A stretch of DNA of 64,000 bases from assembly GCA_013265495.1 (NCBI GenBank), contig MU058034.1, forward strand, positions 124,001 to 188,000. Reading direction: 5' to 3'. The position numbers and the translations under genes were made by a program. Source of the DNA: Vicugna vicugna (taxonomy: Eukaryota). This document shows, in pieces, positions 1-12,520 of the stretch (positions within the stretch are counted from its first letter, which is position 1; every line of letters begins with the position of its first letter). The notes beneath the pieces were generated by a model. It was not told the DNA's origin and did no database searches. It worked only from the letters and a program-made list of their open reading frames with translations.

Positions 1-79
1 TCTATAAGAAAAATGGGCTTGACTCTTAGACTTTGATATTTTATAGCAGTATTCTAAACACTTAAATTTAACAATTTTT

Positions 80-110
80 AATTGAAATATAGTCAATTTA
101 CAATGTTGTG
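80..110 (-). mobile_element. Extremely 5'-truncated L1 3' tip
   Basis: aattgaaatatagtcaatttacaatgttgtg matches the L1 end at ~25655. Flanked by the near-duplicates taacaattttt (69-79) and taataattttt (111-121). Confidence 0.55.
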
Positions 111-315
111 TAATAATTTTTTATTCACTGGAGATTTGAGTGCCTGTTATGTAAATAAGCTATGATGAACTGAACACTATCCTTGCTGTAACTGAGCTTA
201 GAATCTAGAAAAGAAGATGGACATTGCATTTGTGATTATAGATGTGATATGTCTTATATAAGGAAATGTATAGGGTTTTATGAGTGGTTATATCAAAGTG
301 ATTTAAATCAAGAAG

Positions 316-498
316 GTGATCCTCAAAATGTGGTTCCCAGACAAATAGTATTAGCAACACTTAGAAGTCTTTTAGAAATGCAAATTGTGGGGCCCCACCC
401 AAGACCTACTGAGTCAGAAATATTAGGGATGAATCTAGCAATCTGTGTTTTTAACAGGTCTTCCAGGTGTTCTGATGGCTGAAGTTTGGTAACAATGA
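316..498. mobile_element. MER5A-like hAT-Charlie MITE
   Basis: Contains ttagaaatgcaaattgtggggccccacccaagacctactgagtcagaa and gcaatctgtgtttttaacagg, typical of MER5A. Confidence 0.8.
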
Positions 499-505
499 TT
501 TAGGT

Positions 506-680
506 CTGGATTTCTCAACTTGGGCACTGTTGACATTTGGGACAGGTCATGTGGGCCTCCCTTGTGCATTGTAGTTTGTTCAGCTGCACTCCTGGCCTCC
601 AACTGCTGGATGCCAGTAGCATCTCTCAGTGCTGCCGGCCAAAAATGTCACCAGATATTGCCAGACATCCCCTAGGGCAG
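506..680. mobile_element. MER20-like hAT-Charlie MITE
   Basis: tttctcaacttgggcactgttgacatttggg...gatgccagtagca...aaaaatgtcaccagatattgccaga. Confidence 0.8.
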
Positions 681-1777
681 GTTCTTGTGGCCGGTTCCTT
701 TCCCCTCCTCTCTCCTTCCACACGTACCAGGCAATGTTTAAATGGCATTCTCAACTCTTTATCTTACAACCTTATAGTGTGTGGTAAAGTGCTCTGAAAC
801 CAGTTAAAAAGGGACTCTACCCTATTTATTCAACGTAGGCATCCTAGAATAATTTGATCTCAAGTCTAAACAGAGAGAATCTAAATTTTGGTCACTTTGG
901 TGTCTCTCTTGCTGTATTTTGGGTGTTTTTTTGTTTTTGTTTTTTTTGCTTTCCAACTTTGCAGTTCTTTCCTGTTCTGCCGTCTGTATTTTTCTTCTCT
1001 TTTTTAAAATAGAGAGTGAATAAATACTCTTATAGATTAGTCCTGTTTTGACCTTAAATAGTAACTCATTCTGTTTGTGTTCTAAGCTTAGCAATTTGAT
1101 GAATCTCATGCAATTAAAATGGAGTTTATTTTCACATAAATTAGACTGTAGCACCTGCTCTTTCCCAAGACTTTGAACATAAAAAAGCGAAGAAAGTGAA
1201 GGGCGCAACTTTCATTTTGTCTCCCATTAATACAAAATGAAAATATTCTCACTGATGGATTATCTTATATAGAATCCTCTGTCAATCGTAGATTAGTTGG
1301 GAATTCATTTATTTTCAAGTCTTTTTTATTGTATTTACTCATCCATTGTGTTCCAAAAATTTTTCCTAAGCCCAGGTTACAGAATAGGAATATGTTCCAA
1401 TTTCTTATGTCTCTCCAAACTCCAGAGTGTTTTAGTTTTCTGATTTTCTGAGTCTAGGAAGTCCTATTTAAGGACAGGTTGCTAAGAGCCAAGTAGGTAA
1501 AAGTAATTGCGATTAAAAAGCAGAAATTTCTGCCAGTGTAGCAGTAATGCATTTTGATAGGTTCATAAACATGTGTACACTCTCTGAAATAGTTAACAGA
1601 CCTGGATTGATGTCATGTTTCCACATGTTAGTTATGCTAGCAGGCCCATTCCAGGAGTTAACTCTCATTAACATTTGGCTGATACTAACTGATAAGGATC
1701 AGTGAGGGTCAAGGAGATTTTTATCTCCACTAGTAACGTTGAGCAGGACAGTAGTAACGTGGTTGTGTACTAAAAGA

Positions 1778-1813
1778 TGATGGATATGATGGTGATGATG
1801 ATGATGGTGGTGG
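1778..1813. repeat. (GAT/GGT)n imperfect microsatellite
   Basis: gatgatggatatgatggtgatgatgatgatggtggtgg. Confidence 0.8.
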
Positions 1814-1881
1814 TTATAAATAATATGCAGCTGGAACAAGCTGCAGACAGGTGTGTTTCAACATAACATCACCTGGGTTTG

Positions 1882-3250
1882 TTTTTTTTTTTTTTAAGAG
1901 CTCTTTATTGGTGACTGTGTAGAACTGTCGTGGGAGGGTAGTGGCCCAATACCAGCCATTCCCAACCCCCTGAGCATCAGGGACAAAAAACAAAAAGAGA
2001 ATCACAGTAGAGATGGGGTGGGGGTTGGGAATTTAATAAACTGTAGTCAGCAGGGGTAGGCCCTCCTTACAGTCACACTAGCACCCAGAATTCTTGAAGA
2101 TGCAGCTTGTACAAATCTGTGATCCCTCAGGTTTACTCACACAAATAAAATCTCATGTCCTCAGCGAATCCAGAGTCAGAAAGCAGCTGGAGGATCCGGG
2201 ACAGTCAGAAAGGAGACAATGAAATGATCAGGTCCAAGGAGGCAGAGGAAAGACAGAGGGGTGGAGTGCTCGAGAAGGAGGCAGCCAGAGACAGCCAGAG
2301 GGGCCTGAGACAATCAGACAGCAGAGAGCTGAGCCAGTCAGACAGAGGCAGCTGGAGGAAAGAGAGCCCGAAACAGGCTGACTGAAGTTTGCAGAGCAGT
2401 GAGTGTTCCAATTCAACAGCACGCTTTGTGGGCCGACGTGGCCTAGGCCGAGGTTGCAGAAGCACGCACACGCTCACAGCCACATGTAATGTATTAATTT
2501 ATGCATAATGGATAGAAGTGCCTTCAGAAACCAGGAAAGGGGTGCATAAGTATAGGAGGGGTCTGGGTTCAGGGCGGGAGCTCGGCACTGGGCAGGTGGA
2601 ATGCTTTCTTTGTAGCAGGGAGGCAGCAGAGCCCACGCCCACCCCCCCCCCAATATTAAAAATATTATTTGCTTCATAATAAAATTCCCATGAGGTGAAG
2701 CACAAGGAAAGGTGGGGTGGGGGGTCCAAAGCCAAGATTCGGGGCTGGGAGACATGGGGGAGGAGAAGCTGGGATATTTGGAGCCAAAACCCCTTCGAGT
2801 TTGCCTGTCCAAAATATCAGGGGTTGGGGGTCAAAGCCTCAGCCCTTGAATAATAAAACTAAGTGCAATAAAAGGACTGGCTACTGGGAAGGCAAAGGGT
2901 GATGACCTGGAAAGTGTACAAGACAAGGAGGACAAGGACCAGGAGTGGTAGACTTGGACGATTCCAGTCTAGGGAAGAAGTAAGCACAATGGAAAGTAAG
3001 GATGACGCTTTGAGGCTCCGGGGGGTAAGGAAAGAAAAAAGGACCTAAGAAAAATAAAACCATATTTGAGTAAAACGTCATCAAAAAATAAGATGCCATA
3101 TGAAAACGGGCTAATGACAACAACCAAACAGTACCAGCAAAGTGGACCTGTATTAAAGCTTCACAAATGCACTTCAGCGTAGCACGAAGCACATGCGCCT
3201 TTGCACTAAGGTGCCTGACAAGCCACCCCCACCCCTCAAGCATCATCTAC
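1882..3250 (-). pseudogene. Probable processed retrocopy of an mRNA 3'UTR (parent unidentified; right boundary approximate)
   Basis: T14 tract at 1882-1895 and minus-strand AATAAA at 1904-1909. Abrupt GC/CpG-richer sequence in an AT-rich intron that resembles no repeat I recognise. No clean target-site duplication (TSD) found. Confidence 0.6.
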
Positions 3251-3659
3251 TAGTGTTAGAGCAGAGCTACTTCAGAACATAATTCTGATCATTAAGAAAC
3301 TAGAACCTAACCTTTGTAAAACCTACTGTATGAAGAAACGTATCACCTACGATTTCTGGACGATGAAAATTCAAGGTAAGAAATCCTAATCATTAGAAAG
3401 GAACCCAAAATTCACAAAAATTACTACATGAAGAAAAGGCACTCAATAAATATTTATTGAATGAATTCCTCAATTTTTCCTTCAGTTAAAAGTGCTCATG
3501 AAACACATGGATAAACTTAAAAAAAAAAACAACCCAGTGACTTCATTTTAGTCAAGCTCTGCTGAACTGAAATGTCCACAGAGATGTCTTCACAGACCAC
3601 ACTTTCCTCATCACACTCTTCATGGCAAATATTTTACTGTATAGTTTTATTGGTTTATT

Positions 3660-3800
3660 TTCTCTCTCTTCCACTAGAATAAAAACACCATGTAGTCGGC
3701 AAATTCATGTGTTTCAGTGTATCTCTCAGACCTAAAGTAGTGCTGGCTAACAGAAGGCACTCACTAAATATCTGTGGAATGGATAAATAAATGCATGAGT
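3660..3800 (+). mobile_element. L2 3' end fragment
   Basis: cctaaagtagtgctggctaacagaaggcactcactaaatatctgtggaatggataaataaatg. Confidence 0.6.
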
Positions 3801-5549
3801 CCATTACATATTTTTGAAGGGATTTGTATACAAAAGAAAAATGAAATAGTGGAATTTTCAGCAAATTCAGTCATAGACTTGAGATGGGGCTAATTCCTCT
3901 GCCTTAAGTTGTAAAATATTGTGACTTTGTTTTAATGCTATAATTATAATGGGAGAAAAATATTTCTAAATGAGTCAGCTAGTACATTTTGGAAAACATT
4001 TGGTGCCAGAAGTACTGGGAGAGAGCCATGAGATCAGGCCAACGGAACATTCATTTTACTGTTGGAAATTTTAATGAAGCAGTAGGATTGTTGATGTTGC
4101 TTCCTGTCAGGAAGAATTATCAGCGCAACATATGCTGAGTGGATAAATAAGGATGAGGAGTTATAAAGTCTAGCTGATCTTAGTAGTTGAGGTGATGCTG
4201 TTAACATTAGGAAAAGAAAAACTGCTCTGATTTTACTGTTCACTGTACTCCTACCATTGATGCTGGAAACTGGCATTTGACATTGCATGAGAATAGTTTA
4301 TCTTCATTTTCCCTCTTGGCGAAGGCCAGCTGAGTGTTAAACCTATATCTGATACATGAATGTATAATACAGTAAAGTGTTATTGACTTGACTACATGGG
4401 ACATCAGATTTGTGGTCCTGTGATGAACAGAGCTTGCTTCTGTCCTAAATGTTGAAATCAGCATTTAATGGCCACTTTAAGCTCCATCCCATGCAGTTAT
4501 GGATTCCAGATCATTCCTGCATTACTGTAAAGGGTGACTCCTAGGCCTTCCATCAGATACCCAGTGTATATGTAATAGGAATTTGCGACTATAAATCATA
4601 AGGTAGTCCTAGAAGTTACATGAAAATCAGTGTGTATTAGAGTCAAGAAATATATATGGTAAAAATTATGATTAAATTCAGGGCATTTTAGGTCTGGAAT
4701 TATCCTTTCATTATTCAGGAACAAATAAAAGAAAAACCCAGAGAAGTGAATTTATTTTGCTGAAGTCCAGGTATTATTCATTAGCAGAATAAAGGCATAA
4801 ATCGGGGTTTCTTGAACCCCAGTTCTTTAATACTTTCTAATATATGACACTCAATCCGTCGAAAATCATCTAGAATCTGATTAATACAGCTCTCAGCTAA
4901 GATTTTTTTCTAATGTAAAACTTTGATTTGAAAAAATGATACAAAATGCAAAAAAAAATTCGAAACAAAGAAACATTGAACTTTAAGATCCAAAAATATA
5001 AGCCAATTTTTAAGATATAATAAAAAGAAAACTCTAACAGTTAGACTCCCAGGCTAGGATGCAGTCAACATCACCCTTCTGTCTCTTCACCATGTTACTG
5101 AGATAACCAAGACAGGCAAAACAGAGATCAAATATGGCATTCACTTGTTCTTCCTCATAGCTCTGAGTATTTGCTTTTTGTTTAATGCATGTCTTTTAGC
5201 TGGGAGAGGCTACTAAGCTATTTTTTGACTCTTTGTGTTCAGGCAGTAGTGCTGAGCTATAATGACACAGTCATTTCCAAGTTACCCACCTCTATTTGTC
5301 TGTCTGTCTTAATTGTACAACTACCCACATTTTTAGGTATTATTTGTTGTAATATTTAAAATTCACGGTATTAAGAACATGAACATGGAATTCTCTGGTA
5401 TATAAAGTATCGTTTCTCACTTAGTATCAAATTCTGTGCAATAGGGACCGGTGTTATTATGGTCGTCTTACTCATGAGGAATCTGAGGCTCATTGGTGTG
5501 ATTTGACACAAATGTCAAACCTACTAAGTGACAAAGCCCAGGACAGGTG

Positions 5550-5680
5550 AGGTGAGGGGGGGTGATGGAAGTGATCTGAAACTAGATTGCAGTGATGGTT
5601 GTCCAACTCTGCAAAGTCATTACAAATCTTTATTAATTTTATACTCATAGTAGGTACATTTTAATAATATACATTATACC
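5550..5680 (+). mobile_element. Old L1 (L1MB-like) 3' end
   Basis: ggtgatggaagtgatctgaaactagattgcagtgatggttgtccaactctg. Confidence 0.65.
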
Positions 5681-5851
5681 GAGGGCAGGAAGGGAGAGCT
5701 TAGTGAGTCTTGGACAGGAGTATGTGGAGCTGCAGCTGTGGATGGAGGACGACGAGCCACGTGTGCTGCTGCAGAGGCTGTCGGCCAGGGGGCGTATGAA
5801 AAGGCTCAAGCAGCCCACTTTTGAAGAAGCAATGAATAAATTATTTTAAAA
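5681..5851 (+). pseudogene. Short 5'-truncated retrocopy with TSD (parent unidentified)
   Basis: GC-rich insert with AATAAA at 5835-5840 and a short A tail. 18-bp TSD aataatatacattatacc (5663-5680) / aataataaacattatatc (5852-5869), at a TTTT/AA endonuclease site. Confidence 0.7.
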
Positions 5852-8800
5852 AATAATAAACATTATATCAAAAATGAGAGAGGAGGAGAGACAGAGGGAG
5901 AGGGGGAGAGGGAGAGACAGAGACAGAGCCACACTTAGAGGCTATTACCAACTGGAGGAATCATTGGAGCCATTTCCTGATGTAATCTTAGTCTCAACTT
6001 TAATAAGAATGATTTTGATTGGTTGATTGGAAGAAAGTTTTAGAACCATGATTATTTGACTTGTGACAGGAATAAGAATTTTAAAGAATTGAAAAAACAT
6101 TTTAAGGATAACCTATGATTCCATTTATGTATGAATTTTATAGATAATAGTTTAGAAAATCTTTTGCTTGATACAATGTATCTAGGCTGTCTTCTTGGAC
6201 ATGTAGAAAACTTCATCTGGTTAAATAAAACCTTTAATCACTTCATAGAGTCTTATATCAACACTTAGAAGGAAGGAAAGTGAAGAGAAAAATATGATGG
6301 GAGAAGAGATTTTATTCAACCACTTATATTCACCTGGTACATTTTGGGTTCAGTAAAAGTCGATATTTTGATCGATATTTTTTGTGTATAATATATATAT
6401 ACATATAGTCCTGTATAATGATAATAAATATTCAACATGGTAATTTAGAAGCAACATCATAAGAAATTTTATATGGATAATTACTATCTTTTACTCACCA
6501 AATTGAAAGCGCAGTCTAATATTTTAGAGAAATGCTTACCTATTATGTTTGAAGTAGAATATGAATTAATCAGAAAACTCCATCAGTATCTAATGTCACC
6601 CCATTTTTTCCTCCCTAGTTAAATCAGACATTTTAGTAAATTTGATGACTACTGAGGTAAAATAATGCATTTCAACTTAATGACCATCTGAGATCTACTA
6701 ACACACTGAGTCCACATTTTTTTCTTAATTTTAGCCTTGCCGTGGATTTCCTCACATTAGTTGTGTTCACTCCGGCACTAAGACGACATTCCTATCTTGA
6801 TAATGTTGTTGAGTATTTCACTTCTCTCTCATTAATGTCAACATCTAAATTTTAAAACTACCCAAGAAGGTATCATTTTAAGATCTCAACAGTGGAAACT
6901 GAGATGTCCTCAAAGAGACAAACCACAACCAATCTATATTGATTGTGCATTGTGACTTCAATGTGTTTGTACGTAATCAAGTCTCTAATGATTAATTACA
7001 GACCATTTTTGAGCATTTTTAAAATACTGAGACTTCTGGAATTATCAGGCATACTAAAAGGAACTAGGATATGGAGGACCACTAAAAGAAAAATAAATTT
7101 CTAAAATGAAAGGAAATAAGACAAGATGTATTTGTACCTTGCGTCTATGTAGCCTGTCTACAAATCTGTTATTTTGTGTGTCTCTTTTAATTGAATATAT
7201 AGTATAAACCCTTTAATAATGTTAAATGTAAAATATACATGCTAACAGTGTATGCTTGGTTTATATTTTCCTGGGTTTTCTTCTAATCACAAGAAAGTTT
7301 AGCCTATTTAATACACAACTCTTTCCTTTTTGCCTACATCCTGAGAGCAGAGACAGACAGACACCTTGAGTGCCCCATGAGTGCTAAAGTAGAGGCTCAC
7401 CATTGACAACTGCCATTGCAGACAGTTAGCATTGATCGGCACCTCTGAGGCCTCATTGCTGACTTGGTGGGTATATGTGGTGGTCAGTTATCCAAGTTCG
7501 GGATAAGTCAGTTTACACTCTGCAAATCTGATTTTATGGTTTCGTAATTATGTGAGAGGCAGTTTTCATTATTTCATGATCATGGTTATAATTGACCTTT
7601 TTATTTTTCCAGGAAGACAATGTTAACATTATAAAACATAAAACATGTACTAAACTTATGTTCACCAGCCCTTCCCTTAGACAGCTACTCTCTAGGTATG
7701 AAAAAGGCAATTTGAGGAAAGGTGGATCTCAAAGTACTTTGTAAAGAGATCAACAAAAATAAAAATTTTGATGAACAAAAACTGAACACAATGTGAATCC
7801 AAATCCGAGGATATATTTCCAAATAAGTGTTACCCAGCTTCCAACAATTGAATAATTGGAGTTATTTAACTTCTTATATTCAATTTAATCCTTTGACTAG
7901 AGTTTAAAAAAAACTAGAAAGATATCCATATCATAAGGCCACCCTTAGGCATTATTATTTGCAAGGCTTACATAAGGAAACATACATACTGAGCATCTTT
8001 GTTCAAATTGCTATGCTGGATGATGTGGACATAAAACAGAATAGAAGATGGAATTTGTCCTCAAGGATAGAAAACTACATTAAATTTTTTCTTTCTTCAC
8101 AGCATATAGCAATAAATGTAGTAATTTTCCTTTTTAAAATTAGTAACCATGGTATTCATTTGAATATTCAGTGGTGATGAGAGTTTCAAATTTTCGCTTT
8201 ATAGGTACTTTCTAGTGACTAATGTAATAGATTTCAGAGGCCCATTAACTCTACCTGGTGTCCACATAAGTAATCACACACTCCGTTGTATGAAATGGAT
8301 TACATTTTTCATAACGACCTGAAAATATAAAACCTGTCTTTCTCTCCCTATTAGTTATTCTCTTTTGGCACATAAGTAGAAGAGACATAATGAAGTACCA
8401 GGAATTTTATCTATTTGCGCTCAAGCAATATCTCCCAAGGTGACATTCCATGGCTAAAGAGACAGTCTTCTTGGTTCGAAAACACACTTTCTTAGATCAA
8501 GATTTAAGATGCTGCTTTGTTTGCAGGAATTTGAAAATGCTTAACAAACATAAATTTCATTATTTCTACTTACAAATATATTCAGGCCTCTGAGGTTCTC
8601 TAATTAGCTCTTTTTTTTTCCCCCAGCCATTTGCCTATACATCTCTCTAGAAAATTTGCATCACGGTGACGATAGTAGTTACATAACTGTGTAGATCTGG
8701 GTCTTACTGTTAGATCCTGGGTCTCTCACACTGCCCTATCAGAATCTTGGGAAGAGGCAGAAGAAAGTCACTGCAGGGTTGCAGTGACCATAAATTTGAC

Positions 8801-9264
8801 TTGGTCACTGCTAGGTTTTGTGAATGGGAAGAAGAGCTGTGCATCATGAGCAGTTGGAGAGCTGTCAGATGACTGATCTGGAGATCGTCCCTGGCCTAGC
8901 CAAAGTCTGCTCATCCATGGCATTATCCCGCATGAAAGTGGAACCTCTCACAGGATGAGTTAGGGAAGTGAGCATTTCAGATTAAATTTCAGAGTTATGG
9001 GAGGATTATCTGTATAGTACATTCTGACTACAGATCCAAAGGAAATGTGAAATTAAACCAGTAGAGATTCATGAATGCATATTTCATTATTTTACCATTT
9101 TTGTATTGATTAGCCCCTCTCTGCTTTCTGTGTCAAGGGGATAAAAAGATGAACAAAAGGAATGTGTCCTTATATCTTGTCATCTCAGAAGCCCCAAATA
9201 CTCTTACACATAGTAGTGTTTATTTGTTTATTTTGTTTTTCAGTAAAATTTAAAACCTAGTGAC

Positions 9265-9410
9265 TAAAAGGGAACTTCTTGGAGTAGTTGAGATGCTCTA
9301 TATCTTGACTGTGATGGTGGTCACATGCCTATATATGTTTGTCAAAACTCATTGACCTATGCTCTTAAAATGGGTGAATTTTATTATATATAAATTACAT
9401 CCAGAGGAAG
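9265..9410 (+). mobile_element. Old L1 (L1MC-like) 3' end
   Basis: ctatatcttgactgtgatggtggtcacatg...gtcaaaactcattgacc...aaaatgggtgaattttatt. Confidence 0.7.
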
Positions 9411-9794
9411 TGGATTTTGAAAATACTAGCTTATCTTTCTCTCTATCATTGATGTGATAGAAATTCTGTGTATTATTTTGTTTGGGTAGAGTATTATATT
9501 TATTTATTGCCTTGATGCAAAAGCCAATATTGCGTGATGCTCTGCCTGTAGAATAATTATTGATTATAGAGTAATTTCTGATCTTTCTCCCTCCTTCCCT
9601 CCTCCCTCCTCCTCTTTTTCAACCACATAAACAATAAGCATTCTTTGATGAAAAAATCCCCTTTCCCATTGGCCTCGCAGACACTATGGTACTTGAAATT
9701 TCTTTGAATTATATCTTTTGGATATTGAATAGTATTTTGATAATTTAACACCTTGCTTTGCTTTACTGTTTTTTTTTTAACTAAAGAATTGAGA

Positions 9795-10320
9795 TTTTAA
9801 CTATCCAGAGACACCTCCAACTCAACATGTTCAAAGTTGGACTCACTATTATTCCTCACTAAGTCTTTCCACTGTTTTCCAAACTATATGAGTGATACCA
9901 TCACCTGCTAGTCATGTAGAATTATTCCATGACTCGCTTTCACTGATCCTTTACATCCAGATGTCATCCAATTTCAGTCAGTTCTACCTCCTTACCACTT
10001 CTTGGTCTCATCCCCTTGTAGTCATTCTTGTGTTTCCACCTTGATTCACACTCCATTCATCTTTTGCCTAGCTTACTGCTTCTTCTGTATGTTCTCCCTA
10101 AAGTCTTCTTAAAGTCAATCTGTATGCCTTGTGGCAGTTAGTTGATCACCAAAATATCAAATTGGTTATATCAGTTCCTGATTTAACCCTTTACTGATTC
10201 CTCTTTGCCTACTAGATTATAATCCAAATTCCTTGGTAAGACACACAATGTCATCCATGATATGAAGTCAGTCTACATTTTCAACAGCAGTTACAGAACC
10301 CAACCATGTGTATAATTTGG
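9795..10320 (+). mobile_element. L2 fragment, interrupted by a MaLR LTR and continuing at ~10695-11000
   Basis: cacctccaactcaacatgttcaaagttggactc resembles the L2 LKLNMSKTEL-coding motif. Confidence 0.6.
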
Positions 10321-10324
10321 TCCC

Positions 10325-10690
10325 TGTTAAGGACTGAATGTTTACATTCCTCAAAAATTCATATGTTGATATCCTAACCCCCAATGTGATGGCATTAGGA
10401 GATGAGACCTTTGGGAGTTAATGAATTCATGAGGGTGGAGCCCTCATAAACAGGATTAGTGCCCTTCTAAAAAGAGGCAAGTGAGCTGCTCTGCCTCTCT
10501 GCTCTTTACCATGTGAGGACAGACTGAGACAGCCATCTGCAAACCAGGAAGTGAGCTCTCACCAGATGCCAGCTGCGATTTGACCTTGATCTTGGACTTC
10601 CCAACCTTCAGCACCGTTTGTGGGAATAAATGTTTGTTATTTAAGCCACCCTGCCTGTGGCAATTTGTTGTAGCAGCTTGAACGAAGACA
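10325..10690 (+). mobile_element. MaLR solo LTR (MLT1A-like)
   Basis: TG...CA ends, aaattcatatgttgatatcctaacccccaatgtgatgg, aataaatgtttgttatttaagccacc, and a 5-bp TSD gtccc/gtctc. Confidence 0.88.
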
Positions 10691-11894
10691 GTCTCTAAAC
10701 GTGATAACTTGTTCAAACCCTTTGTATTATTATTTAAGCTATTTCCTCCACCTTGAATGGCCTTCAAGGTAGATTAGTTCCAGACAGGTGGAATAGTTCC
10801 AGTATGAACCACATTTGGAAATTATTCATATTCCTCTGAGGGAGAATTGAATGCTTCCTTATGCCTCCAACAGCACCCTATTTCTATCTACCTTTTCTTG
10901 TAATTTCTGTGAGGTCAAAATTCATAATTGATTCATCTCTGAGATTCTTACACCTAACCCGGCATCTGACCCATGGTAAATACCAAACCTTGGCAAGGTA
11001 CTGATAGCTATTTATAATTTATGTGAATCTTTTAGGCTAAAAAAATTATGATGCTTCTAGTGTTTGAATATCAGGCTTTTAAGATCAATGTAACCCAAAA
11101 GAGATACTTGAAGAATCAGTTTCTGAAGTGTTTAGAATGGAAGAAAATTAGATAAAAGATCATAAAACTCTTGGCAGCCATCTCTTTAAATGTATCAGTG
11201 ATTTATAAACAAATATTTATCCATGAGCAGTGATGTTACAAAATTACTAATACTTCACTTTAAATACACAGAGAAAATGTGATTAAAATTTTTTTTAACT
11301 TTTTTGGTCATCCTTATGAGGCATCACCCCCTGTGTAGTGGAAAAATATACTTTATTTTGGTCCATTTGTGTCCAATCTATTGCATTCACCTATAATGCA
11401 CTAAATTCAGCTTCCTTTTAGGTAATGCTGACGCCCTTGATTAAACATGCTTAATCTCTCAGCTCGTCCCCATCTCCTGAGCCTCACCTTAGAATGGTAT
11501 CTGGGGAAGAGTTGATTTCCTAACCTCATGCTGCTGAGATAATATTCATACATTGTAATGCCCTCTGGCATCTCTGGACTCAAACGTTTTTATCCTCTAT
11601 CTCTGTGGTTATGGCTCTCTCTGCTGATTTCAGTGGCTGAGTTCCTAAACTGGTGGAGCCCAGACTAGCATCTCTCATCTACATTGACTAGAAACTGGTG
11701 GTGCTCTCTTGTCTACTCAGCCAGCCCTTGATGGTTCTCCAGACTCTCTGAATCATGACTTAAGCCTCCATCGGGGTCTCACTGTTTAATCTCCGGGCCA
11801 TTTTGTCTATCCAGTTCTACCCATATCCCTCTCAAATGATTCAAATGGTGCAGTGTGACTCTTCCCATTAACCAGAGTGATGTGATCGGAACAG

Positions 11895-12520
11895 GACCAG
11901 TCATGATGTCTTTGGGGCCAGAGCAAGAATAGAAAGGGAGATGCTTTTTCACACTAAATATTTAATGCATAAATCAAGCTGACGGACTGTTAAATAAAAC
12001 ACAGTTCAACCTGCTACCTTGACAAAGATATCTCCCTAACTATCCAGAAAGTTGAATTTGAATTGAGAATTATCTGACTCTTTAGATTTCTGCACCAAAA
12101 CTCAGTAGCAAAGAAGAACCAGCATCTGACATCTGGCCCTATGTCCAGCCTCTTTTCTTAGAGCCTTGAGAAGCCTCAGTCAAACATGTGTGGATACCCA
12201 AGCTTGCATGCTGAAAATGTTATACAGCCTCCTACAGTTACCCACTGCTATTTGTCAGTTTTAGAGATGCTCACATAGGTGGTTCAATCTAACCTAAGGA
12301 GGAAAGACCCAAGGAATGAACTCTGGCGGGCCCTGGAATAGGGATTAGGTAGAATTTTCTAGAGTCCTGGGCAGGTATGGACTCCAGATGGGTATATTAC
12401 CAACAGATAATTGGTAATCTTGGCCATGGAATCCCTGTCTCATGAGTAGGAGTGTGGCTGAAAGAGGTATACAGAATCCTACAAAGTGTAGGTGTTTAAG
12501 TGTCCTTTGTCCAAGGTCAG
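11895..12520. mobile_element. MER45-like hAT-Tip100 element
   Basis: ctaaatatttaatgcataaatcaagctgacggactgttaaataaaa...ctaccttgacaaa. Right end uncertain. Confidence 0.55.

Noticed and set aside
2155..2385. Charged S/R/E-rich ORF
   Set aside because: It is the antisense reading of a CT-rich UTR-like segment, so a compositional artefact.
3300..3380. Possible extra exon ending CAAG|gtaaga
   Set aside because: The donor is good, but there is no convincing acceptor and no similarity to the recalled DPP10 protein.
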